A stretch of 64,000 nt of DNA from an uncultured Armatimonadetes bacterium (GTDB lineage Bacteria; Armatimonadota; UBA5829; DTJY01): assembly GCA_963717145.1 (NCBI GenBank), contig OY970325.1, forward strand, positions 1,504,001 through 1,568,000, in the 5' to 3' direction. The notes beneath the pieces are model-generated. The model saw nothing but the letters and a program-made list of their open reading frames with translations, searched no databases and was not told where the DNA came from. Below, one piece after another: positions 35,453 through 44,977 of this stretch. Position numbers and translations under genes: made by a program. The first letter of the stretch is position 1. Every line of letters begins with the position of its first letter.

Positions 35453-36763
35453 ATGATGGTCAAGCTCGTACGTATACCCCTTGTGCTGCTGATTGCGGCG
35501 CTGCTCGTCACCGGTCTGTTCGATCTTCCGACTCAGAGATCGCTCGCGGACGGTGAGAGCACATGCAGGACGTGTCATAGCCAGTCCACGCCGGTGATCG
35601 TGGCTCAATGGAACGATAGCAAGCATGGCCAGTCCGGAATCGACTGCGCGGTATGCCATGCGGCCAAGGAGGGCGCGCCCGGAGCGAAGAAGCACTTCGA
35701 TGGGAGCTTCATCACCCCCGTGGTCAGCCCCAAGGTCTGCGGACAGTGTCATGCCGATCAGGAGAAGCAGTTTACCGCAAGTCATCACGCCGGCGCCGCG
35801 AGGTTCATCGGCTCATTGGATAACGTCCTCGGCGAGATGATCGAGGGCGGACCGTCTGCGAACCTGGGATGCAAGCAGTGTCACGGAAGCACCGTGAAGG
35901 TCGCTGAAGATGGCAGCCTTGATGACGAGACTTGGCCGAACTCCGGGATCGGGCGCATCAACCCGGACGGCAGCAACGGCGCATGCTCGTCCTGCCACTC
36001 GCGACACACCTTCTCGATCGCTCAGGCGCGCGAGCCGGAGACATGCGGGAAGTGCCATCTCGGACCGGACCATCCGCAGCTCGAGATCTTCAACGAGTCG
36101 AAGCATGGCATCCTCTACAGGGCCAACAAGGACAAGATGAACCTGAGCGCCAGGCCCTGGGTGGTCGGGAAGGATTACTCGGCCGCGCCGAACTGCGCCA
36201 CATGTCACATGTCCGCGACGCCGAGCCAACCGATGACTCACGACATCGGTACTCGGATAAGCTGGACTCTCAGACCCGCCATCTCAACGAAACTCGAGAA
36301 CTGGGAGGCGCGCCGGGAATCGATGCAGGGGGTATGCCGCCAGTGCCACTCACTGAGCTATGTGAAGAGCTTCTACAAGCAGTTCGATGGCGCGGTGAAC
36401 CTGTACAACGACAAGTTCGCCAGGCCCGCGAAAGACGCCATGGATAAGCTCTACGCGGACAAGCTCCTCACGGACACGCCGTTCGACGAACAGATCGAAT
36501 GGGATTACTACATGCTCTGGCATCATGAGGGCCGCCGGACACGGCACGGAGCGGCGATGATGGGGGCGGACTACGTCCAGTGGCATGGGTTCTTCGAGGT
36601 CGCCGACCGGTTCTACAACGACTTCCTGCCCGAGGTGAAGAGCCTCAAGCCCGAGTACGCTGAGAGCATTCTGAGCCTCAACGACCACAAGTGGAAGACC
36701 GGACTCCCCAAAGAGGAACGGGAGAAGGTCCTCCAGTACTACAAGGAGCGGTACGGGCAGTAG
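35453..36763 (+). CDS. octaheme cytochrome c, hydroxylamine oxidoreductase (HAO) family
   Basis: eight CxxCH motifs (CRTCH, CAVCH, CGQCH, CKQCH, CSSCH, CGKCH, CATCH, CRQCH); GIGRINPDGS, CHLGPDHPQ, ESKHG; signal peptide. Confidence 0.9.
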   Translation: MMVKLVRIPLVLLIAALLVTGLFDLPTQRSLADGESTCRTCHSQSTPVIVAQWNDSKHGQSGIDCAVCHAAKEGAPGAKKHFDGSFITPVVSPKVCGQCHADQEKQFTASHHAGAARFIGSLDNVLGEMIEGGPSANLGCKQCHGSTVKVAEDGSLDDETWPNSGIGRINPDGSNGACSSCHSRHTFSIAQAREPETCGKCHLGPDHPQLEIFNESKHGILYRANKDKMNLSARPWVVGKDYSAAPNCATCHMSATPSQPMTHDIGTRISWTLRPAISTKLENWEARRESMQGVCRQCHSLSYVKSFYKQFDGAVNLYNDKFARPAKDAMDKLYADKLLTDTPFDEQIEWDYYMLWHHEGRRTRHGAAMMGADYVQWHGFFEVADRFYNDFLPEVKSLKPEYAESILSLNDHKWKTGLPKEEREKVLQYYKERYGQ

Positions 36764-36769
36764 GGGGGA

Positions 36770-36824
36770 CGGTTGATGGTTGATGGCGGAGCATTCCCCA
36801 TCAACCATGAACCATCAACCATTC
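36770..36824. terminator. hairpin built from inverted heptamer repeats between convergent genes
   Basis: ggttgatggttgatgg...ccatcaaccatgaaccatcaacc. Confidence 0.55.
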
Positions 36825-36826
36825 CG

Positions 36827-37639
36827 CTATGGCCCCACGAGTTCTATATTGGCGAGGGCATGGATATCCTGCGGGGTCAGGCTGTAGAGGATGTCGTACA
36901 ACACCGTGTGGAACGTGCCGGGGCGATTCCCGGTATCGTGTGCCGCAACCTGGCCGGCGATCCCGAAGGCAGTCAGCCCCCCCACCGCCGCGACGAACGG
37001 ATCACTTTGCACGGCCGCGAACGCGCCTACGATCACGTTCGACATGCATCCTGTACCGACCACCTTGCTCAGCATCGCGTGACCGTTGGAGATCCGCACG
37101 GTGCGCTCGCCGTCGCTGACTACATCGACAACCCCGGTTATCGCCACAGTGCAGCCGTACATGCGCGCAAACTCCTGAGCGATCGTTTCGGCTGATTCCG
37201 AAGCATCGATGTGCTCGACCCCACGCACCTCAGCCGCGATCCCTGCCAGCGTGGCCACTTCGCCCGCATTCCCGCGCACGACTGAAATCCTGATGTCTTC
37301 AAGCAATCGCTTGCTCGCAGTAGTCCTCAGCGTAGTAGCGCCTGCCCCGACCGGATCGAGGATCACCGGAATCCCACTCGCATTTGCCTGCCTGCCCGCT
37401 AGCGCCATTGCCTCCACCCAGTCCGGGGTCAGTGTGCCAATGTTCAGCACCAGGGCGCCGGCCAGCCGCACCATCTCCTCGACCTCCTCGGCCGCGTGAG
37501 ACATTATGGGGAGCGCCCCGATGCAGAGCGTAGCGTTGGCCGTCTCGTTCATGACGACAAAATTGGTGATGCTGTGTACCAGCGGGCGTTTCTCGCGAAT
37601 CAGCGCCAGGTCATCAGCGACAGTTTGTACCAGATCCAT
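36827..37639 (-). CDS. thiM: hydroxyethylthiazole kinase
   Basis: PLVHSITNFVVMN, LNIGTL, LDPVGAGAT, RGNAGEV, VVGTGC; ATG after GGAGG. Confidence 0.95.
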   Translation of the reverse strand: MDLVQTVADDLALIREKRPLVHSITNFVVMNETANATLCIGALPIMSHAAEEVEEMVRLAGALVLNIGTLTPDWVEAMALAGRQANASGIPVILDPVGAGATTLRTTASKRLLEDIRISVVRGNAGEVATLAGIAAEVRGVEHIDASESAETIAQEFARMYGCTVAITGVVDVVSDGERTVRISNGHAMLSKVVGTGCMSNVIVGAFAAVQSDPFVAAVGGLTAFGIAGQVAAHDTGNRPGTFHTVLYDILYSLTPQDIHALANIELVGP

Positions 37640-37858
37640 GTCGGCCTCCACGAGTTGGGGTATTGCCAGTATTGTAACCGAAATCGCACGCCGATGGAAG
37701 GCCCGGAAGATCGAGACTCGCAGTTTTGCCTCGACGTCGGACGGAGAAAGAGCGCGAAAAGCAAGGGTAACTAGCCAAGCATTCGGTAGTCAAGTTTACG
37801 TTTGCTCAAAAATGGGCAAATTCCTTATAGGATGCCTCCGTCTGTCCCATGAGGAAAC

Positions 37859-39763
37859 TTGATGCCGCTTAGTCTTCGGTCTATCATACGACCTCTGCTG
37901 GTTCTTCTTACGATCCTTGCGGTCGCCTCAGCGGTGATCGCACGTACCGACACGCCTTTTTCGATGCGGACGGGCCGCAAGAACGCGATCGTATGGCAGG
38001 ACTTCGAAAACTGGCTCATGATCACCGAAGATCTCACCGCCGGCCGGATATGCTACTTCTATGATCCGGTAAGGAAGATCATCATCAACCTCATCGATGA
38101 GATGCAGACCACTGCGGCCCCGCTCGGGTCCACCATCAAGTGGCTGATGTACGTGGATCGTTACCAGAATTTGGACCGGCTGATGTCCGGTGATGTAGAC
38201 AACGACGGCTCCCACATCACCTACCTGAGCAATCAGAAGCAGGTCGGCTGCGGAATGACGGGCACTATCTGCATCTTTGGCCAGTACAGGAATGAAAAGG
38301 TCGGCGACATCTTCCCTGTGGACATCTACAACCTCGATGTGGAACGCGGCGGCGTAACGTTGTTCTGTGGGAGCGACACCGAGAAGAGCCAATTCGCGCA
38401 CGACGGCGACCTTATCGTCTATCGGGCCAACTTCAGCACGACCGACGCCCGCATATATGGCATCCACTTCAGCGGCGGAACGGAGTTCGAAATCGCACCG
38501 AGAAACGGCTTCGAGCCGTCGGTCTGCGGCCCACTCGTCGCATGGTACGAGGCGAACGGCCCCGGCTTCAACATCATGGGGAAGAACCTCGATACGGGCG
38601 AGCTGCGAACGATCGCCTACACGACAGCCACTCCTCCACGACCTGAGGCCGGTCGGGGCGCCATTTTCTGGCAGGACAAGCGGACCTCCGGCTCGACCGG
38701 GGTCGACATCTACGGCTATGACTGGGAAAGCGGCGAGGAGTTCCCCGTCACGACGGCGACCGGCGATCAGTTGAAGCTGCGAGTGTGCGACAACCTCGTC
38801 ACATGGACGACCGGTACCACCAGCCAGACCCAGTGGGGAGCATGGATACTGGACCCGGTCGAGATCAGTGACCTGGCCGTGACCCTTGTCACCCCGACTT
38901 CAACCACGCTCGGATGGACCTCACCGGGAGATACCGACAACCCACCCGTGACATACGATCTCCGCACGAGGACGGATGGTCCGATCACTGACGGCAACTG
39001 GGCGACATCGACCTCCGTCCCCGGAGTGCCCGCGCCGCAACCCGTCGGCGGAGTGGAATCGTTCACAGTCCCGCTGCCACCCGGCCGCCACTACTTCGCG
39101 CTCAAGGCACAACTCGAGAATGGCGACTGGTCGATGCCGTCCGACTGCGTCTCAGCCTACGTGGCGGACGAAGTGACTGCACTCAGGGATGCCGATGAGG
39201 GAGCCTGCATCAGCTTCACCGGGGTCGTAGGCGGGATCGGAGCGGGAGGGATTCTTTACTGCCAGAGAAGCGGTCGATCTCAGGGTGTGCGTACGATTCC
39301 GACGTCGCTCCCGGCGCTCACAGTCGGCCAACGGGTGACAGTCACGGGCAATCTGACCCAGGATGCAGTCCTGTGCGGGCCGGTCCTTCGGGACGCTGTC
39401 GTCTCGCTCAACGCAGGCACGGAAGTCGTTGGATCGCTCGCGATGAAGGGGCTCGCACTTGGGGGGTTCGATTCGCGATACGGCGGGACTGCTGAGAAGA
39501 ACCTTTCGAATCTGTGGATGCGAGTGAGGCTCTCAGGAAAGATCTCGTACCTCACCACGACCTCCGGATGCTCATTCTACATCAATGATGGCTCCCAGTT
39601 GCTGGACAATACGGGCAAAGGCGTACTTGTCACGAGCCCCTTCCCTGCTCCCGCCGGCATCGCTGACGGCAAGTTCGTCTCGGTCGACGGCATATGCCGC
39701 GTGTCCAGGTCGAGCGGCCGCCAGATCGAGGTCGTTGAGACCACGGGAATCCACGTCTGGTAG
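37859..39763 (+). CDS. secreted multidomain protein (propeller-like repeats, FN3-like, C-terminal OB-fold-like region)
   Basis: signal peptide; WQDKR...DIYGYD repeats; ISDL...LGWTSPGD...YDLR...HYFALKA FN3-like segment. Confidence 0.65.
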   Translation: MMPLSLRSIIRPLLVLLTILAVASAVIARTDTPFSMRTGRKNAIVWQDFENWLMITEDLTAGRICYFYDPVRKIIINLIDEMQTTAAPLGSTIKWLMYVDRYQNLDRLMSGDVDNDGSHITYLSNQKQVGCGMTGTICIFGQYRNEKVGDIFPVDIYNLDVERGGVTLFCGSDTEKSQFAHDGDLIVYRANFSTTDARIYGIHFSGGTEFEIAPRNGFEPSVCGPLVAWYEANGPGFNIMGKNLDTGELRTIAYTTATPPRPEAGRGAIFWQDKRTSGSTGVDIYGYDWESGEEFPVTTATGDQLKLRVCDNLVTWTTGTTSQTQWGAWILDPVEISDLAVTLVTPTSTTLGWTSPGDTDNPPVTYDLRTRTDGPITDGNWATSTSVPGVPAPQPVGGVESFTVPLPPGRHYFALKAQLENGDWSMPSDCVSAYVADEVTALRDADEGACISFTGVVGGIGAGGILYCQRSGRSQGVRTIPTSLPALTVGQRVTVTGNLTQDAVLCGPVLRDAVVSLNAGTEVVGSLAMKGLALGGFDSRYGGTAEKNLSNLWMRVRLSGKISYLTTTSGCSFYINDGSQLLDNTGKGVLVTSPFPAPAGIADGKFVSVDGICRVSRSSGRQIEVVETTGIHVW

Positions 39764-39791
39764 AGACCGCGCCGGGCCGCTTTCCGCACTC

Positions 39792-41045
39792 CTACTGCAG
39801 ACTCAGCCTCACGATATAGGCATCTGATTGGTCGAAATCCGGGAGAGTGATCCTGATCCGATTCGACTCGCAGTCAGCGCTCACTGCAACTACCTCGGGA
39901 CTGATGAGCGCCTTCCATCCCGATGCCGGGATGCGTTCTGCGCGCACGTAGACCTTTCCGCTCGCATTCAGGAATTCGAGTTCTACGGGACCGGATTCCT
40001 TGCCATCACGCCCCAGGACCACACGCACCGTCTTCGTCCCAGAGTCGAGACCTGCGACGCCATCGACGGTCGCGCTCGGCTTGAGGTCCACGAGCCGTCC
40101 GTTGATATCGGCATAGCCCTTGTACGCCCACCAGGTGGACCTCGGTTGCTTGTCGGGATGCGTCAGTATGCCGTCGAGCGATTGGTTCTCACAGGCGCTC
40201 ACACCCGCAGCCTCGTCGCCCCAGCAGGCGTGGCACGCGCCATCGACTCCCGCTCGTTCGATGTTGGCGAAGTAGTGGACCGTGACCCCCGGGTTAGTCG
40301 CCTGCTTGCTGTTGATGATCTCGTTCAAGCAGATCGGCAGATCCTTGATGCCCTGCTCCTTCATGAAGCGGCGCATCTCGTCGACATGCGCGGGGATCTT
40401 CCTCGGGTCGCCGAACTCGTGCCAGGCCAGCTTGTCAGGCAGGGCATCGTTCTCCTTCATGTGGAGGAGGAATGCCTCCAGGTACTTGCGGTCGTAGCCG
40501 GAGATGCTCGGGCCGACGATCACCGCCTTCGGGTCGATGGACCGGATCTTACGGTAGGCATGTATCCACGTCTCGAAGAGCCGCGCCTGATCGCGTTTCC
40601 AGAAGTAGCCGATGTTCGGCTCGTTCCAGATATCCCACTCGAAGGTGTAGCGCCTCTCCTTCGCGCGCTTGACGAGATTCTCCACGAGCGATTCCCAGGC
40701 GGCCCAGTTGCCGTTGTCCCCGGGCCAGACACCGTCCTGCGGGTAGCCGGTGCTATCGGAGATGACGACCTGCATCCGAGCGCCGAGTTTCTTCACCCTC
40801 GCGTAGTTGGCAAAGGCGCCCTCGCCCTTGCCGTGCCAGTCCTCGGCCCACATGCGAAAGAGCTTGGGCTTGAGCGGATCGACCAGCGACGGCTCGGGCA
40901 CGGTGGCCGTCATCGCGTGGAGGAAGCCGCTCGCACGATGCGAAACGGGCCCACGGTTGGCGGAGAGGTCGACGGTAACGACCTCCTGCGCCGAGCACGT
41001 CGCTGCCAGGATGACGAGCAAGATCATAGTCAACAGGGATCTCAT
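39792..41045 (-). CDS. secreted clan GH-A glycoside hydrolase (GH39-like)
   Basis: WDIWNEPN acid/base, IVGPS, LAWHE, PICLNE nucleophile; signal peptide. Confidence 0.7.
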   Translation of the reverse strand: MRSLLTMILLVILAATCSAQEVVTVDLSANRGPVSHRASGFLHAMTATVPEPSLVDPLKPKLFRMWAEDWHGKGEGAFANYARVKKLGARMQVVISDSTGYPQDGVWPGDNGNWAAWESLVENLVKRAKERRYTFEWDIWNEPNIGYFWKRDQARLFETWIHAYRKIRSIDPKAVIVGPSISGYDRKYLEAFLLHMKENDALPDKLAWHEFGDPRKIPAHVDEMRRFMKEQGIKDLPICLNEIINSKQATNPGVTVHYFANIERAGVDGACHACWGDEAAGVSACENQSLDGILTHPDKQPRSTWWAYKGYADINGRLVDLKPSATVDGVAGLDSGTKTVRVVLGRDGKESGPVELEFLNASGKVYVRAERIPASGWKALISPEVVAVSADCESNRIRITLPDFDQSDAYIVRLSLQ

Positions 41046-41071
41046 GGATTCATCTCCCAGTCATCCTCCAA

Positions 41072-42058
41072 TCAAAGCGCGGCGTCGATCTGAGCCAGCT
41101 CTTCGGCGCTGAACGACAGGTTGCTCAGTGCCGCCACGTTCTCCTCGATCTGGGACACCTTGCTCGCCCCGATGAGGGCCGACGTCACCCGCTCATCGCG
41201 CAGTACCCATGCGAGCGACATCTGTGCGAGCGACTGCCCGCGACCGGATGCGATATCGTTCAGCTTCCGGACCTTCGCCAGGACATCCTCGGTGATCCGG
41301 TCCGCCTTCAGGAATCCCCAGGGCTTGGAGGCGCGGGAATCCTCAGGGATGCCGTTGAGGTACTTCGTGGTCAGCAGCCCCTGTGCGAGCGGACAGAACG
41401 CGATGCACCCGATCCCCTCGGCCTCCAGCACGTCGAGCAGCTTCTCCTCGATCGAGCGGTTGAGCATCGAGTAGCTCGGCTGATGGATCAGGCAAGGCGT
41501 CCCCAGCCGCTTGAGTATCGCCGAGGCGGCCGCGGTCTGCTCCGGGCTGTACGACGAAATACCGACGTAGAGCGCCTTCCCCTGGCGAACGATCTGATCG
41601 AGCGCGCCCATCGTCTCCTCCAAAGGCGTCTCGGGATCCGGGCGGTGGTGGTAGAAGAGGTCAACGTAGTCGATCCCCATGCGGGCGAGCGATTGATCGA
41701 GGCTCGCGATGAGGTACTTCCGAGAACCCCAGTCGCCATATGGACCGGGCCACATCCCCCACCCTGCCTTGGTGGAGATGAACAATTCGTCGCGGTACGG
41801 CTTGAGGTCCTTGGCCATGACCCGGGCGAACGACTCCTCGGCGGAACCTGGAGGCGGGCCGTAGTTGTTCGCGATGTCGAAGTGCGAAATCCCAAGGTCG
41901 AACGCGCGAAGGAGCATCTCGCGGCTGTTCGACTGAGTATCGACTCCGCCGAAGTTGTGCCAGAGCCCGAGCGAGATCAGCGGGAGCTTGATCCCGCTCC
42001 GCCCGCACCGGCGGTACTGCATGGCTTCGTAACGTGTCCTGGATGCATCGTAAGTCAT
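41072..42058 (-). CDS. mgrA: aldo/keto reductase, L-glyceraldehyde 3-phosphate reductase (YghZ/MgrA type)
   Basis: YRRCGRSGIKLPLISLGLWHNFG, HFDIANNYGPPPGSAEE, STKAGWGMWPGPYGDWGSRKYL. Confidence 0.9.
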   Translation of the reverse strand: MTYDASRTRYEAMQYRRCGRSGIKLPLISLGLWHNFGGVDTQSNSREMLLRAFDLGISHFDIANNYGPPPGSAEESFARVMAKDLKPYRDELFISTKAGWGMWPGPYGDWGSRKYLIASLDQSLARMGIDYVDLFYHHRPDPETPLEETMGALDQIVRQGKALYVGISSYSPEQTAAASAILKRLGTPCLIHQPSYSMLNRSIEEKLLDVLEAEGIGCIAFCPLAQGLLTTKYLNGIPEDSRASKPWGFLKADRITEDVLAKVRKLNDIASGRGQSLAQMSLAWVLRDERVTSALIGASKVSQIEENVAALSNLSFSAEELAQIDAAL

Positions 42059-42135
42059 CTGAGTCCCCTTGGCTGGTAGTTACTGAGTCCCTGTTCGCCG
42101 TGCAGCCGGCATTGCCCTCCACAGCGCCGAAATCG

Positions 42136-42165
42136 TGTAACATCCCGGGTGTTTAGGCGTATAAT
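42136..42165 (+). promoter_or_regulatory. putative ECF-type promoter TGTAAC-N16-CGTA overlapping a TATAAT box
   Basis: tgtaac atcccgggtgtttagg cgtataat, ~35 nt before ATG 42201. Confidence 0.5.
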
Positions 42166-42200
42166 CCTACAGCAGAGCTTCGAAGTAGGAGGTTCATACG

Positions 42201-42563
42201 ATGAAGCGAGTTCACTGGGTTGCATTGGCGCTGCTCATGGTGATCAGCTTGCTGTCCGTGACAGGCTGCAAGGACCAGCGCACGATGATATCGAAGATCT
42301 TGGAGCGGCCGGACAAGTACGTCGGCCACGAGGTGAAGATCGCCGGAGAGGTGACCAGAACGTACTCGGTCGACCTGATCCTCGCCGAGGCGGGGGCATA
42401 CCAGATCGACGATGGCAGCGGGAAGATCTGGGTGGTTACGCGGACCGGTGTGCCCAGGGAAGGGGCGAAGGTCGGGCTCAGGGGTGATGTCTCAAGCGGG
42501 TTGAGGATCGCAGGTCAGGTCTTCGGCGCGGTGATCCAGGAGCAGGAGCGCCGGTACAGGTAG
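42201..42563 (+). CDS. small OB-fold-like lipoprotein
   Basis: lipobox VTGC; V.IAGEV, YQIDDGSGKIWV, VGLRGDV; AGGAGG RBS. Confidence 0.7.
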   Translation: MKRVHWVALALLMVISLLSVTGCKDQRTMISKILERPDKYVGHEVKIAGEVTRTYSVDLILAEAGAYQIDDGSGKIWVVTRTGVPREGAKVGLRGDVSSGLRIAGQVFGAVIQEQERRYR

Positions 42564-42572
42564 GAAGAGTAT

Positions 42573-42605
42573 CGTTGGGGAGGGAGCTGAAATCCCTCCC
42601 CAACG
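42573..42605. terminator. hairpin between convergent genes (REP-like)
   Basis: cgttggggaggga-gctgaaa-tccctccccaacg. Confidence 0.65.
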
Positions 42606-42625
42606 GCGTTTCTCACAGGAACCGC

Positions 42626-42811
42626 TTACTCACAAGTGAGTGCGCCGGCCGGGCACTCGTCGACGCAGATGCCGCAATCGCTGCAGGTGTCTTCATCAAC
42701 GGTCGGCACTGTGCCGCCCGTGGCCTGGACCAATGCGTCGAACGGGCATGCTTCCGCCGCCGGACAGGTGGCTTCCTTCGTGCACTTGTTCGAGTCTACC
42801 TTAACTGCCAT
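42626..42811 (-). CDS. 4Fe-4S ferredoxin-like protein
   Basis: CTKEATCPAAEACP and CSDCGICVDECP; AAAAGGAG RBS. Confidence 0.85.
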   Translation of the reverse strand: MAVKVDSNKCTKEATCPAAEACPFDALVQATGGTVPTVDEDTCSDCGICVDECPAGALTCE

Positions 42812-42961
42812 TTGTTCGAGATCTCCTTTTCGCGTATTCTCCACCATGCCCTCAGGCAAGGATATCGGACGTCATCAGACAATCCACCTAATATTCTACT
42901 TCAAGACGCGGGGTTTCTGCAAGTATTGGGGCGAAAGAACCAGGTCATGGTAGCAGGAGTC

Positions 42962-43432
42962 TCATCGCACCGCCATCTCCATGTACACGTCCGTCAGGGT
43001 ATCGAGAGTGTCGCTCTCGGCCCACTTGGCATCCTCCTCGGAGACGACCTTGAAGCCGTATTGCAGGTAGAAGGGGATCGCGCCGGCCTCCTTGATCGAG
43101 TAGACGGCCAGCTTGCGGACGCGCTTGAGGCTCGCGGTGTCGTACATGAAGTTGAGCATCATCTGGCCGATCTCTTTGCGTCGGAAGTCGGCGTGGACTC
43201 CCAGGCGCATGACGTGCAGGCGGTCCTCCTCAGTGTAGAAGCTCGCCGTGCCGACGACCTTGCCGCTGACGGTCGCCACGATGCGCGTGATCTCGCTCGG
43301 CGGTGTCCATTCCTCGTTGAGGAACTTCATCGTTGGCCGGTAGATCTGGTTGAGTTCCTCGTTGATGGAGGCCCAGACTTCGTTTGCCTCCATCTGATCG
43401 AACTGGTTTGCGAGCCGGATGGTGAGATCCAT
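42962..43432 (-). CDS. GNAT family N-acetyltransferase
   Basis: RLGVHADFRRKEIGQ motif A; AIPFYLQYGF motif B. Confidence 0.85.
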   Translation of the reverse strand: MDLTIRLANQFDQMEANEVWASINEELNQIYRPTMKFLNEEWTPPSEITRIVATVSGKVVGTASFYTEEDRLHVMRLGVHADFRRKEIGQMMLNFMYDTASLKRVRKLAVYSIKEAGAIPFYLQYGFKVVSEEDAKWAESDTLDTLTDVYMEMAVR

Positions 43433-44046
43433 TAGCGCTTCCTCCTCGATGCCTCTCGATATGCATTATGGCACTGTGCGACGAACTCCCTGTGCTTCTT
43501 GGTGGCGCGTTCCTCGGCCCGGTCGAGCGCAAGCGCCATGATCTCCCACGCGGAAAGCCCATCCCAGCCGTCGCCGCCGACTCGATCGGGCATGGTCTGT
43601 ATGGTCTGCTCTTCGATGCCCTCATCGCCGCGAATCAGGTGCTTGAGGTAGACGACCCAGAGCTTCAGGATATGAGCGACCGGGTCCTGCATCGCCTTCA
43701 GATCAGCCTGACTGATCGACGGGCAGTGCGGCTCGGCGATAAGCACGATGTCTATTTGCCAGAAGATCGGCACTCCTCTGGGATAGAAGTTCATGATATA
43801 CCATGTTGGCGCGAGACTGCAATTGAAGTCGTGGAAATGCGGGTCGAAGCTCTCGTACATCAGCTTCAAGAGCCTGTGGACGTATTGGCCGTTGTCGTGG
43901 CCCGAGACATCCACGTTGATGTCGATGTCCGAGTACTCATCTGGAGTCCCCTCCGTCAGACTACCCCTGAGCGTGACCTCCTTGACCTCCGGCTGGGCGC
44001 GGAAGAGGTCCATGACCTGGTTAGCCATCTCGATGCGCTTGTCCAC
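43432..44046 (-). CDS. nucleotidyltransferase (Pol-beta fold) domain protein
   Basis: LRGSLTEGTPDEYSDIDI; GTG start overlapping the cupin stop. Confidence 0.75.
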   Translation of the reverse strand: MDKRIEMANQVMDLFRAQPEVKEVTLRGSLTEGTPDEYSDIDINVDVSGHDNGQYVHRLLKLMYESFDPHFHDFNCSLAPTWYIMNFYPRGVPIFWQIDIVLIAEPHCPSISQADLKAMQDPVAHILKLWVVYLKHLIRGDEGIEEQTIQTMPDRVGGDGWDGLSAWEIMALALDRAEERATKKHREFVAQCHNAYREASRRKR

Positions 44047-44366
44047 TATCGGTAATCCTCCCGGATCGGGTAGAAAACGTCGATGACATAGCACGCCTCT
44101 TGGGCCTTGACGGAATGCGGCGTGTTCGGCGGGATGATCACCACCGAGCCGTCGTGAACGATCTTCGTCTCGTCGCCCACCGTCAGTTCCATCCTGCCAT
44201 GGATGACGTTGCTGACCTGCTCGTGAGGGTGCGAGTGCGCCGGAAGCTCAGCGCCCTCCTCCAGGTTCCAGTAGGAGAGCGTCATGTTGTCGGAGTGGAC
44301 GAAACGCACGTGGCATCCCGGGAGAATCTCCCGCTGCTCGGTACTATCGAGTTCGTGAAACGACAC
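44046..44366 (-). CDS. cupin domain protein
   Basis: PAHSHPHEQ and IPPNTPHS motifs, DVFYPIREDY. Confidence 0.88.
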   Translation of the reverse strand: MSFHELDSTEQREILPGCHVRFVHSDNMTLSYWNLEEGAELPAHSHPHEQVSNVIHGRMELTVGDETKIVHDGSVVIIPPNTPHSVKAQEACYVIDVFYPIREDYR

Positions 44367-44442
44367 TCTTTTCTCCGTGGTGCTCTACTGCATCTCAAAG
44401 CTCGGCGGTGTGCCATTTGTGTGGACACCGTCGGGCTTGCGG

Positions 44443-44937
44443 CTAAGACAGCCTTCCCCCAACAATCCGAGCGCTGCTGTACTGCCTTACCAGATCCTCC
44501 AACTCGGCCAGCGGTTCGGCAGACATCTGGTCCATATAGAATCTCGGATGCCCCTCTGATGTCAATACGGCCCTATTCGAGCGGGGCAGACCGCGCCCTA
44601 TCTGAGTGCGTCCAAAAGGCCCGAGCCACTTGTACTCGCGGATCTGATCCCACGGGATGAAGTGCCGGCGACCGATGACGGTAGTCAGCGCGATCCCGGA
44701 CGTCGTGCAGGCGAAGCTCATCGCGCCTCGAAATGCCATGTACCAGACACCGAATGATGCACCGATCACCCAGACGCCGAAGAACGCTCGTGTGCCCGCC
44801 AACTCCTCCCCGACCAGCGCTGCCAGGGCAAATACCGGAATCATAAGCACAAAGAACGGGAGCCCGACGTAGTAGTAGATACGGTCGTACCAAGGCCGGC
44901 GAAACGTCATCAGCGCATCCCCGTCGGCTGTCTGCAT
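44443..44937 (-). CDS. hypothetical membrane protein (two TM helices plus PH-like segment)
   Basis: two hydrophobic helices followed by FIPWDQI; GGGAGG RBS. Confidence 0.6.
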   Translation of the reverse strand: MQTADGDALMTFRRPWYDRIYYYVGLPFFVLMIPVFALAALVGEELAGTRAFFGVWVIGASFGVWYMAFRGAMSFACTTSGIALTTVIGRRHFIPWDQIREYKWLGPFGRTQIGRGLPRSNRAVLTSEGHPRFYMDQMSAEPLAELEDLVRQYSSARIVGGRLS

Positions 44938-44977
44938 CCCAAGTGCCTCCCTAGCGCCTAGATCGTCATGCCGCGTG

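Noticed and set aside
37640-37858. TPP riboswitch upstream of thiM
   Set aside because: No CTGAGA core on the minus strand, and a TACAAT -10-like box lies only ~30 nt from the start
42962-44366. Nucleotidyltransferase-GNAT-cupin trio as a toxin-antitoxin or defence system
   Set aside because: No HEPN or other cognate partner motif recognised; the tight coupling is real but no function can be supported from sequence alone
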